From: Pinctada imbricata
Lineage: Eukaryota
NCBI GenBank assembly: GCA_033119305.1
Contig: VSWD01000007.1
Coordinates: 57,730,741-57,794,740 of the forward strand
Length of the DNA: 64,000 nt
Reading direction: 5' to 3'
A program made the translations under genes and the position numbers. Below are positions 38,421 to 48,384 of this stretch, one piece after another. Each line of letters opens with the position of its first letter. Position 1 is the first letter of the stretch. The notes beneath the pieces are model-generated. The model searched no databases, had not been told where the DNA came from, and was given only the letters and a program-made list of their open reading frames with translations.

Positions 38421-38619
38421 GGCGTAAAATCAGCCCTGAAAAGTGGAATTTTGAAAATTGAAATTTCAAGAACCTTTTTTGGTAAAATGTATACTTATAC
38501 GGCATCCCATCAGAATATGAAGTTATTTTTTATCTGTTTTGCATAATATTGCTAATTTTTAGGTCAAAACTTATCTTTTTCCCATAGAAATCAATAGAAA
38601 ACGGAAAAGTTTTATTGAA

Positions 38620-38722
38620 CATTGTTCCCCCCGGATATACAGAAAGCCACTTTTACTGGAGATGTGTATCCATGATACAAATTTTTTGGCAAAGTGGGGT
38701 TCTGTATCTCCGGGGGGAACAC
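38620..38722. repeat. ~100-bp palindrome with 22-bp inverted termini, downstream of the LINE
   Basis: tgttccccccggatatacagaa ... ttctgtatctccggggggaaca. Confidence 0.5.
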
Positions 38723-40471
38723 TACCCCAGAGACGAAAAACTAAATATGGAAAGGGGGGTGCATTTTATAAGAATCGATCTTTTTGACCATTAAATATAG
38801 CACATTTGACTATTTTTCCTCTTTAATCAATCAAACATTGTGTACTCGATATGATTGAATGAAAGATACAAGAATTAGAAACGAAATAAGCAAGAGTGAT
38901 GTTCATTTCTCCGTCAATGTGTATTTCGCGCTAAAAGGCTTACATTGTAGCCATTGAATGAAGAATAAGACCGTATTTTAAGTTCCGGATTTCATTATTT
39001 ACCGATTAAAGGAGGTAGAACGTTCGAAATCTATTTCTGATACACAACGTAGACATATTTGATGTCTTTTAGCTTATATTTATCCATTTTAGATAAAATA
39101 TTCGAAAATGTATACGTTTTTTGTCGATATAATCGGATTTTCTATCCGAGCACCCCTACCTCTTTCGACCTTAATTTTACAACCTTAAGAGTTCCTTAAC
39201 ATAATGTAAAACATGTAAAAGGTCTGCAAATGCATTATATTTCAATAATGATTCATGTTTTTCTGTGTACGATTCGCCATACGGAAGAAATAAGTCACGG
39301 GATTCAGGGCTAAATACGGCCCTTATCTTAACAGCTCCTTATATATACAGGCAAAAGTTATCAAAATCTAAGCCAACTTTTGATGGAGCAAACCATTGTC
39401 TTATTAGATATTTTAAAAAAGCAGAAAAATTCATTTTTAAAAGCAAACTTAAGAATAACAGCTTCTTTAAAAAATGGGGTAGGTTATCCGTATTGATAAA
39501 CTAAACTTCTTTTTTTTTTTTTTTTGGATACATATATATATTGAACTCTTTTATCTATACTGTACATGTATGTATGTATAAATGGAGAATGAATGGTGTA
39601 CTCTATGTTGTACTCTATATGTCTATAATGGATGTTTGTGTATATGTGTACATTGTACACGAGAGGGGTGGGTGGGTTGAGGTGAAACTTGTGTGTCTGT
39701 CATGCTTGTCTGTGTTGCATGTGTGAAGTACACGTAATTTGTCATATGTATAATGCCATACGCCAATATATGTTACATGTGCTTGTGTGTCTGTGTACTG
39801 AAAATGTAAAAAAAAAATTAAAAAAAAAAAAAAAAAAAAAATCTTTATCATTTCTCACTCAGATAATATGTCTGGATTCTCAGAATTTAGACTACGACCC
39901 CCTGGAAATAGTGTATAATGAACAAGATCTTGCACGATCATATTAAATAATTCGACTTAACAATGCCTAAAACTGCCTTATGCCGCATTTCAAATGTCTG
40001 CCACTCGAGTGACGTCATACGAAAATATGGCGCGAAATCCTGTTATTCAGAAATGGGCAGATATCCAGGTAAAAATAGTCGCTAAAACGTTATTATAACT
40101 CGAGAACGAAATGGACTAGGGACTTCGGGTTTTCGACAATCTTTATCTTAAACAGAATACTTTAAGAAAAGAGACAAATATATGCTCACTGCACCTACTC
40201 TTTAACCCTCGTCAGTGATCCTCAATCTAGATTTGTATACGGGATGTAATAATTTTAACAGCAGCGAGTGGTGGTTATCACTCTAATTATGGAAAAGTTT
40301 ATGGTCTAAACATGACTTCGGCATTGAAAAGATAGAAAAATTGGTACTTCTACTTCTTCAGTGGTCGCCTTCAACACATTGAATATTTTATCACTTAGGT
40401 TGCGCCGGCTGGATGTGAATAAATTTTTTTAAAAATTAAAAGGTTAAAACTATTTACACAAGGTAAGTGAA

Positions 40472-40604
40472 TTAATGACTGAGGTTGGAGACAGCTGCCC
40501 TGAATGAATCAACTGATTTACTCATGACAGTGTACAGAGGTAGATGATTCCAATTCTTTATAGTTCTGGGAAAAAATAAATTTTGTCTAAATTGTGTTCT
40601 ACAT
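40472..40604 (-). CDS. C-terminal end of a CR1/L2-like LINE ORF2, split from the rest of the ORF by the LTR-retrotransposon insertion
   Basis: Minus-strand peptide ...QNLFFPRTIKNWNHLPLYTVMSKSVDSFRAAVSNLSH*. It matches the SFFPRTI-WN-LP C-terminal motif of CR1/L2-type LINEs. Confidence 0.6.
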
Positions 40605-40776
40605 TAGAGAAGTATATCTTGCCAATTCTTTTATAATTGATTTTACTTTACAATTACCTTTCTTTTGTTACAGATGACCGTGGTCATTGTCTCTCTTAAA
40701 TAAAGAGTTGAACAAATAGACATCAATCTTATTCATGACCACGGTCCTACGCTAGTCCACACAGCGACACAGAACC

Positions 40777-41529
40777 ATGCCTTCCGTACGATGCCCAATT
40801 CCAAACTGTGATTATGTGACAGACGACTTGGACGCCGCGATCGTAGCTGCCCTCATCACTGCACACTCAGCGGTACATTCACAAAACAACTTCGCAGCGG
40901 CCAAGGTTGAAAAGGTGAAAAGACCCACCCTATCAACAGCAGGAACAAGCGAGGAATGGCAATACTTCCTGTCTCGCTGGGCAGACTATGTCGAAGCAAC
41001 GAAGCTAGTCGGCAAAGACAAGGTCATCCAACTGCTAGAATGCTGTGACGAGCCACTGCGCAAGGATCTTACACGATCAGCCGGCGGTAGTCTCACGAAT
41101 AAAACTGAGGAAGAGGTCATCGCTGCCATAAAACGACTTGCCATCAGAGAGGAAAACACCATGGTCGCAAGGGTTGCCCTCCATAACATGCGCCAAGACA
41201 GTGAGGAACCCGTCCGAAACTTCCGAGCTCGGTTGAGTGGTCAAGCAGGAGTTTGTAAATTCATAATCAAATGCGCAATTGTCGTTTCGATTTTACAGGC
41301 CTACGTTCGATTTGTACAGGTATCTGACGTAAAAAGCATTGTGACGTCATTAATTTCCTTTGAAAACGTCATAATTATATTTACCCCTGATTCCCTGAAT
41401 TTCATGCTGGTTTCCATAGAATTCGATGACGTCAGATACCTGCACAAATGGGAAGTAACTCGCTATTTCGAAAAGACCGAATTACACCGATACTATTATA
41501 CGCGACGTCCTAGCAAGGGGCTTGGCTGA
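40777..41529 (+). CDS. gag-like ORF of the LTR retrotransposon
   Basis: 250-aa ORF starting 50 bp after the 5' LTR. Its 3' part is disrupted by a 128-bp palindromic insertion. Confidence 0.5.
   Translation: MPSVRCPIPNCDYVTDDLDAAIVAALITAHSAVHSQNNFAAAKVEKVKRPTLSTAGTSEEWQYFLSRWADYVEATKLVGKDKVIQLLECCDEPLRKDLTRSAGGSLTNKTEEEVIAAIKRLAIREENTMVARVALHNMRQDSEEPVRNFRARLSGQAGVCKFIIKCAIVVSILQAYVRFVQVSDVKSIVTSLISFENVIIIFTPDSLNFMLVSIEFDDVRYLHKWEVTRYFEKTELHRYYYTRRPSKGLG
41321..41448. repeat. 128-bp mini palindromic element with perfect 14-bp TIRs caggtatctgacgt / acgtcagatacctg, inside the gag region. A diverged copy lies at 47868-47945.
   Basis: TIRs are reverse complements. Shares gtttccatagaatt-gatgacgt with the 47880 copy. 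Confidence 0.45.
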
Positions 41530-41645
41530 CCAAGATATCCAGCTCGACTTACTTGGCGACAAAAACCAGGACATGACTCTTGAAGATGTCACAAAATTCG
41601 TCGAGGCAAAAGAGTCAGGAAAGCGATCAGCATCTCGGTTAACCG

Positions 41646-42107
41646 GTGACTCACCTAGTGTGGATGCCGCTTAGAGCACATACAGGAAACAGAAAAAAAA
41701 ACCTCTTCCTGACAAGGTATCGGACAAAGGAGATCCATGCATATAATTACTGCGGCGAAAGAGGACATGGCACAAACCTACCACTCCGCATCCGCAGGAA
41801 GGAGTGTCCCGCATATGGTCACAGATGCACTGTGTGTAACAAACACAACCACCTTGAGGACGTGTGCCGTAGCAAAAATAAACCGAAAAGCGGCAACCCT
41901 CCACCTGATAAAACCGACAAGGAAGGTGTTATTTTTGAATCCCTCTGCACAGTATCTAACGTATCAAACACTTCAACAAAGAAGGTACTTGAGCTCGATC
42001 ACCAACTTTTTGACCATCTATCAAAAACTTGGATCAAGAGGAACTCTAACCCCAGTCGTTCATTAAAGTCTCGATCAACGTGTCACCAGATGACTATACA
42101 AATCTAG
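41646..42107 (+). CDS. gag C-terminal zinc-knuckle region (frameshifted relative to the upstream gag)
   Basis: CGERGHGTN...CPAYGHRCTVCNKHNHLEDVC: Cys/His knuckle-like motifs. Confidence 0.45.
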   Translation: MTHLVWMPLRAHTGNRKKNLFLTRYRTKEIHAYNYCGERGHGTNLPLRIRRKECPAYGHRCTVCNKHNHLEDVCRSKNKPKSGNPPPDKTDKEGVIFESLCTVSNVSNTSTKKVLELDHQLFDHLSKTWIKRNSNPSRSLKSRSTCHQMTIQI

Positions 42108-42143
42108 GATACGATCTCCCGCATACACAGACAAAATCTGCAG

Positions 42144-42392
42144 GTGGTATTCGCAATGGCTGATACTGGATGCCAAAGCTGCCTTACTGGAATGAGAGTC
42201 ATCAAACGACTTCGCTTGACCGCAAATGACCTTATCCCAGTTACAATGAAGATGCATGCTGCAAACAATAAGGACATAAACATCCTAGGCGCTACGGTCC
42301 TTCGCATCTCAGGAACAACCAAATCTGGCAGGTATATCGAAACAAGGCAAATGACGTATGTTACTGACAACTCGAAGAAAACTGTTCCTTAG
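42144..42392 (+). CDS. Aspartic protease fragment
   Basis: FAMADTGCQSCLTG contains the DTG active-site motif; ILGATVL follows. Confidence 0.5.
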   Translation: MVFAMADTGCQSCLTGMRVIKRLRLTANDLIPVTMKMHAANNKDINILGATVLRISGTTKSGRYIETRQMTYVTDNSKKTVP

Positions 42393-42791
42393 TCAAGAGG
42401 CTTGTGTATCGCTCGGCATCATCTCTGAACAATTCCCTACGATAGGAGCAACCAACGGAGTTGAAAATTACGTAACACCACAGCAGACTTCAGTTGATAC
42501 CATTATTGAACCTCCACTCGCGGCATGTGGATGCCCAGAACGCCAACCGCCTCCGCCGCTTCCGCGTTCTCTTCCGTTCAGCCGCAACAGCAAACAACTG
42601 CGAAAAACTGAAAAAGTTTTCTCGTACAACACTACAAATCTAGCACATTCAATACCTGCGAGCACCAGACGCTACCATTAATGACTGAACCTTCCGATGA
42701 GACTCATGATTGACAGCGATGCCGAACCTGTGGCGTACCATACGCCCGTGCGCCAGTCCCTCTTCACTGGCAGGAAGAGGTCAAAGCAGGA

Positions 42792-43201
42792 TTGGATCGT
42801 GATGTGCGACTCGGTGTTCTTGAGGAAGTTCCCATTGGGGAGCCTGTAACATGGTGTCACCGAATGGTTGTTTGTGCTAAGAAGAACGGCAAAGTACGTC
42901 GCACAGTTGACTATCAGGCACAAAACAAATACGCAACCAGGGAAACCCATCACACTCCTTCTCCCTTTCATCAGGCCCTGACTCGTACCTCCGAACAAAA
43001 AGAAATCGGTCCTCGATGCCTGGAACGGTTATCATAGTGTACCGATACACCCCGATGATCGTCATTTCACAACATTTATCACTCCATGGGGCAGATACCG
43101 ATACAAAACCGCTTCTCAGGGATATATTGCATCTGGAGATGGATATACTCGACGCTATGATGCAATTGTCGCCGGTATACCAGACAAGACTAAATGTATA
43201 G
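42792..43201 (+). pseudogene. Reverse transcriptase region, split by frameshifts
   Basis: PVTWCHRMVVCAKKNGKVRRTVDYQAQN, then in other frames DAWNGYHSVPIHPDDRHFTTFITPWGRYRYKTA-QGY. Confidence 0.55.
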
Positions 43202-43361
43202 ACGACGTCAGTACTGTGGTCGAATTCCATCGAGGATAGCTTCTTTCAAGTCGCTCAATGGCTCGATGCATGTGGTCGAAATGGCATAACTCTCAACCCG
43301 GACAAATTTGACTTTGCACAGGATCACGTTGAGTTCGCAGGCTTCGAAATAACAGAAGATA

Positions 43362-43832
43362 GTGCTCGACCATGCTCTAAATTCATCAAAGCCATCGCCG
43401 ATCTTCCGACACCGAAGACCTATAACTGATATACGCTCATGGTTTGGACTTATCAACCAGGTCTCGTATGCGTTCAGTATGGCTGACAAAATGCTACCCT
43501 TCAGAGAGCTCCTTAAACCGAACAAGAAATTCACATGGGACGATGAGCTGGATCTACTGTTTAATGAATCTAAAGACGTGATCATCAGAGAGATAGACGA
43601 AGGCGTCAGAATATTTGACAAAAGCAAACCAACATGCCTGGCAACCGACTGGTCAAAGACATGCGTTGGGTTCTGGCTCTTCCAAAAACACTGTTCTTGT
43701 ACTAGACAAGAACCCATTTGCTGCAGGAACAGGCTCGAAAATCACATTGGTGGGAAGCAGATTCACCCATGCCGCAAGGATCTCGATATGCCCCGATCGA
43801 AGGGGAGGCCTAAGCCGTTGCAGACGCTCTAG
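43362..43832 (+). CDS. RNase H region
   Basis: [19 protein letters not shown] resembles the TDAS--G-G--L-Q RNase H motif. Confidence 0.45.
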   Translation: MLDHALNSSKPSPIFRHRRPITDIRSWFGLINQVSYAFSMADKMLPFRELLKPNKKFTWDDELDLLFNESKDVIIREIDEGVRIFDKSKPTCLATDWSKTCVGFWLFQKHCSCTRQEPICCRNRLENHIGGKQIHPCRKDLDMPRSKGRPKPLQTL

Positions 43833-43849
43833 AAAAGGCGAGATATTTC

Positions 43850-45388
43850 GTGTTGGGATGCGACAACCTGTTCGTAGCTGTAGATCATAAACCGCTCTTG
43901 AAAATCCTGGTTGATAGATCGCTTGACGAATTTCCAAACTCAAGATTAAGAAATATGAAAGAAAAAACTCTGCGATATCGCTTTCGCGTAATCCACATAC
44001 CTGGTATAAAACACCGTGCAGCTGATTGTGTCTCTCGACACCCGACTAGTGATCCAGAGTTGCTATACTTACCGGACGACTCGCAATCTACAATTGAGTC
44101 AACGTACACGCCTAACTCGCTCGATATTATTCGTTGCTACGAGGATTCAGACGACACGGACACCGTCTTGATTGCTTCTGCTGCCTGTTCTCTCGGATCG
44201 CTATCCATTAAATCTGTTACTTGGGACAGGGTCAGACTTGAAACAGCAAGTGATAATAACATGCACCTTCTCCTGCAACTCATTGAATCCGGATTGCCTA
44301 ACTCTCGAAATCAATATCCACCTCCTTTGCGCGAATACTTTCAATTCCGAGACCATTTCCACACCATCGATGGTGTAGTCATGTACAAGAACGGAGCAAC
44401 TGGACTAATAGACTGTTTGCGTCGAACATTTGTCACATTCGGTATTCCAACAGAACTAGCATCCGACGGTGGACCCGAATTCACCGCCTTAACTACTCGG
44501 CAATTTCTCAATGATTTGGGTGTTCATCATCGTCTTTCCTCGGTTGCCTTCCCTCACAGCAACTGTCGCGCTGAAGTTGGAGTCAAAACCGTCAAGCGCC
44601 TAATCGCTGACAATACCAATTCTCATGGCGATCTGAACACTGACTCTTTGCAAAGAGCTATGCTCCAATACAGGAACACACCTGATCGAGACACAAAACT
44701 TTCCCCGGCCATGCATGTGTTCGGACATCCGATACGTGATTTCATACCTATACCTCCCGGGAAGTATAAACCACATACCACCTGGCAGGAGACCAGTCTC
44801 GCCCGTGAAGAAGCACTCCGAAACAGGCACATGCGTGAAGCGGAACGCTGGACGGAACACACAAAATGCCTCCCGCCTTTTTCTGTTGGGGACACCGTAC
44901 GGATCCAGAATCAAACTAGACCGTGTCCGTTACGTTGGAACAAAACAGGTACCATCATAGAGGTGCGCCAATTCGATCAGTACGTCGTTAAGGTAGATGG
45001 ATCAGGGAGGGTAACGTTGCGAAACCGAAAATTCCTCAAAAAGTATGTCTCAGTTAAACCCTCCGAGCCCACAGTAACGATCGATCAAGACCTCCTTCTT
45101 GAGAAAGTGCGAAATCAAAGCAAAGTGGACTCTGATGCAAATCGGCACGTTGCAATACCTCAGCCTGACGTCCCAAGCCCTGCTAGAATTAACGATCCAG
45201 AGGGAAATCCGAAATGCAAATTGACTATCCCGAAAACCCCGCAACGTCCACCGATTACGAACAACAACACTATACCGCGACGACTTGCGTTCGGTGACAA
45301 CAGTCCTCAGCCCATGGAGCCCGCCACAACACCACCTGGAAGTAGTGAACCTTGCCGCTCAGGACGTGAATTACGGCCACCAGCATGA
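43850..45388 (+). CDS. Integrase (HHCC zinc finger plus DDE core), intact 512-aa ORF
   Basis: [17 protein letters not shown]; core ...[20 protein letters not shown]...[23 protein letters not shown]. Confidence 0.7.
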   Translation: MLGCDNLFVAVDHKPLLKILVDRSLDEFPNSRLRNMKEKTLRYRFRVIHIPGIKHRAADCVSRHPTSDPELLYLPDDSQSTIESTYTPNSLDIIRCYEDSDDTDTVLIASAACSLGSLSIKSVTWDRVRLETASDNNMHLLLQLIESGLPNSRNQYPPPLREYFQFRDHFHTIDGVVMYKNGATGLIDCLRRTFVTFGIPTELASDGGPEFTALTTRQFLNDLGVHHRLSSVAFPHSNCRAEVGVKTVKRLIADNTNSHGDLNTDSLQRAMLQYRNTPDRDTKLSPAMHVFGHPIRDFIPIPPGKYKPHTTWQETSLAREEALRNRHMREAERWTEHTKCLPPFSVGDTVRIQNQTRPCPLRWNKTGTIIEVRQFDQYVVKVDGSGRVTLRNRKFLKKYVSVKPSEPTVTIDQDLLLEKVRNQSKVDSDANRHVAIPQPDVPSPARINDPEGNPKCKLTIPKTPQRPPITNNNTIPRRLAFGDNSPQPMEPATTPPGSSEPCRSGRELRPPA

Positions 45389-45695
45389 TACTCTGATTAT
45401 GACATGAACTATTAGATCTAGTTTTGTACATTTTTTTTTTTTTTTTTTTTGTCTTACAGTATAACTCCTTCATTTACATTTAGTCTTTGTGAAATCTAGT
45501 CTTTTCTCACTTCCTTTGATAACAAAAACATTAGATCCCAAAATACTTGGGGGGAGATAGAGAAGTATATCTTGCCAATTCCTTTATACCGGGTAATTGA
45601 TTGTACTTTACAATTACCTTTCTTTTGTTACAGATGACCGTGGTCATTGTCTCTCTTAAATAAAGAGTTGAACAAATTGACATCAATCTTATTTA

Positions 45696-46215
45696 TACAT
45701 GATGGAATTTTTAAGGAGAGTGTATGCATACTACGTGAGAATCCGAGGGGAGGAATAAGTCTGTCATCTTTTAATATGGCAACTTTGTTGTTTACAATTT
45801 TGAACATCATTGTTAGTCTTGCGTCCGTTCGTTTGTCTGCTAGTTTTCTCCATTGTAAGGTATTTAACATGTCACTGACACTCGAGGTATTATTAGTTCT
45901 GCCAGTGACGTACCTAGCAGTTCTTTTTTGGATTTTGTCTATTTTATTTATGTCCTCAGTAAAGTATGGGATCCCAAACTGAACAGGTATATTCTAATGT
46001 TGGCCTAATAAGTGATTTATATGCCTGTTCCTTTACTGAGGTGGAATTGATATTTAAATTTCGTTTTAGGAAGCCTAAGTCTTGTTTGCTTTTTGTGTGA
46101 TGTTATTTACATGTGTGTTCCATTTAAGATCTGATTGGACAGTAATACCTAAGTATTTAGCTTTGTTAACATGTTTTAATCTTTTATAGTCATATGATCG
46201 CTGAACAATATAAGT
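45696..46215 (-). pseudogene. CR1/L2-like LINE ORF2 C-terminal region (minus strand), 5'-truncated. It continues at 40472-40604 across the LTR insertion.
   Basis: Minus-strand peptide KYLGITVQSDLKWNTHVNNITQKANKTLGFLKRNLNINSTSVKEQAYKSLIRPTLEYTCSVWDP...DKIQKRTARYVTGRTNNTSSVSDMLNTLQWRKLADKRTDARLTMMFKIVNNKVAI...IPSC. Classical LINE C-terminal motifs. Confidence 0.7.
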
Positions 46216-46439
46216 CCCCTACAGGCATGAATTTATGTCTTGCATCTTTGCCTAGTATCATGATTGATATTTAATATTGATATTAATACCGCTTCATCCG
46301 GTATGGGCCTCAACCAAAATATTAATCATGATAACTAAATATTAATCATGATACCAGAACTCCTCAATTAAACATGAATTTTGAAGTTATTGTACGTGCA
46401 GCTCACTTCAGAAAATAAGGAAACGGTTGTTTTATGACC

Positions 46440-47705
46440 TTTAAATAGCAACTTTTTGTAACCCTCCAAGGCCAAGCTGCTATCTAGCAAACTCTATGTG
46501 TTGCAGAAAAAGTCCGGAAAATAGAGTTTCTTTGACTCCTCGAAAAAAGTAATGCATGACTTCAAATCAAACTTACCCTGTAACTATCCAAAAGTTCCAA
46601 AACCAATGCATATATCAAATTTCACCAGAGTATCTTATTTGTTGCAGAACAAAGGTCCGGAAAACTGAATTTTGGAAGTCATGAATTTTGCAAGTCATCA
46701 AGAGGCGTAACTCATCGAAATATTGGTCAAGCGTCACCAAAAGTAAAACTTGCTCTGAAACTATCCAAGACCAAGCTGTGTATCAAATTTCACTTGAATA
46801 TCTCTATTTGTTGCAGAAAAAAGTCCGGAAAACTGACTAAAACTTAATTTTGCAAGTCATCAAGGGGGATAACTCCTCGAAAAAATAGGTCGAGTGTGAA
46901 GACAATCAAACTTGCTCTGTAACTATGCAAGACTATTTCATCTGGATATCTCAATCTGTTACGGATAAAAAGTTCGGAAAACTAAAAAAAAAAAACCCTG
47001 AATTTTACATGTCATCAGGGGGACATACGTTCTCCAAAATTAGGTCAAGCATGACGAAAGTTAAAATTGCTCTGTAACTATCCAATACCAAGATATGTAT
47101 AAAATTTCACCTGAATATCTCTATCTGTTGCAGAAAAAAAGTCCGGAGAACCGACACAAACTTTAAGTTTTGCATGTCAACTCCTCGAAAAAAAGATCAA
47201 GCATGACGAAAGTTAAAGTTGATCTGTTACTATCCAATACCAAACTGAGTATAAAATTTCACCTGCATATCTCTATCTGTCGCAGAAAAAAGTCCAGAGA
47301 ACCGACACAAACTGTATTTTGCATGTCATCAAGGGGCATAATTCCTAAAAAAAAAAAAAAGGGCCAAGCATGACGAAAGTTAAAATTGATCTGTAACTAT
47401 CCATGCAATACCAAGCTGAGTATAAAATTTCACCTGAATATCTCTATCTGTTGCAAAAAAAAGTCCGGAAAAACTGACAAGAACTGAATTTTTCAAGTCA
47501 TCAAGGGGCATAACTCCTTCAAAAATAGGTCAAATGTGACGAAAGTCTAACTTGCCATGTAACTATCCAAGACCAAGCTGAGTATAAAATTTCAGCTGAA
47601 TATCTCCATCCGGAAAACTGATAATCGGACGGACGGAGAGACGGACAGACAGACCGAGTTGAAACTAAGAGTCCCCTTCGTCGTTGCCGGTAGGGGACTA
47701 AAACT
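46440..47705 (+). mobile_element. Helentron-like non-autonomous element 3' part: ~180-bp tandem repeat x7, (GACG/GACA)n, then terminal hairpin agtccccttcgtcgttgccggtaggggact
   Basis: Seven units containing ctgtaactatccaa-accaagctgagtataaaatttcacctgaatatctctatctgttgcagaaaaaagtccggaaaactga. Microsatellite 47626-47660, hairpin 47673-47702. Two further units at 53370-53690. Confidence 0.5.
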
Positions 47706-48218
47706 ATATATGCAACAGCAGTGCAACAGTATTTGTAAAACCTTTTTTTTCTTTCGAAATTTGACCTTGCGGAGAATTAGTATATATTGGGATTTCAATT
47801 TCTGCTTCTTCCAAGATTGCTGGGATTTTCATTCGGGGTATTCGCTATTTTCGAAAACCAGAGTTACTTCCCATTTGAGACGGGTATCTGACGTAGACTG
47901 ATTATAACGTCATCAAATTCTATGGAAACACTGAATTAAATGTCGATTATCTATTCATAGAATAACATGTTCCAATCAGTGAATGAAGGTCAAACACAAA
48001 TAAAATGAAATTAAGAAAGTTGGGAAATATTATTTATTTGAAAGTAGCAAACAGCTAAACAGTTAAAAGTGAATACAAATAATTTTGAAACGTAATGCAA
48101 GGAAATGAAGATTGGGTATTGCGAAATACTAGTAAAGGTAATGGATGTGATCCTTTGATGAGGAAATGTAGTTATATACTAATATCATGTATATTTGCTA
48201 AACATAGTCTGAATTCTT

Positions 48219-48384
48219 TTATCCTCTCTGGCATTTCCACGCTTTACAGTCGCAGCTAGTGGGGTATGTTCTCTGGATGATGCGGCAGTGTGGCTTGGGT
48301 TTAAGACAGAAAACATATATGGAGTAAGTTTTGTATTCGTGTGGCCAACATTTCCCTTTCCTATCATCATTGCAACATTCTTCA
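48219..48384 (-). CDS. Candidate terminal exon encoding a cysteine-rich C-terminus ending in C-x-C-x4-C (cystine-knot-like)
   Basis: Strong acceptor ttatatcttttag|tgaagaatg. Peptide (x)EECCNDDRKGKCWPHEYKTYSIYVFCLKPKPHCRIIQRTYPTSCDCKAWKCQRG*, 9 Cys. Confidence 0.3.

Larger units (their letters stand above)
40605..45695 (+). mobile_element. LTR retrotransposon (Ty3/gypsy-like or BEL-like order gag-PR-RT-RH-IN; degenerate), 5,091 bp, with LTRs 40605-40726 and 45558-45695 and a 5-bp TSD TACAT
   Basis: Direct repeats tagagaagtatatcttgccaattc...gacatcaatcttatt. Polypurine tract ggggggag immediately 5' of the 3' LTR. TACAT at 40600-40604 and 45696-45700. Internal ORFs listed separately. Confidence 0.8.

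Noticed and set aside
40606-45696. Interpretation of the 122-bp direct repeats as LINE-derived sequence rather than LTRs (antisense LINE ORF runs 22 codons into the right repeat)
   Set aside because: Removing the element plus one TACAT restores the LINE C-terminal motif FFPRTIKNWNHLP exactly, and a polypurine tract precedes the 3' repeat. The repeats are therefore true LTRs and the read-through is fortuitous.
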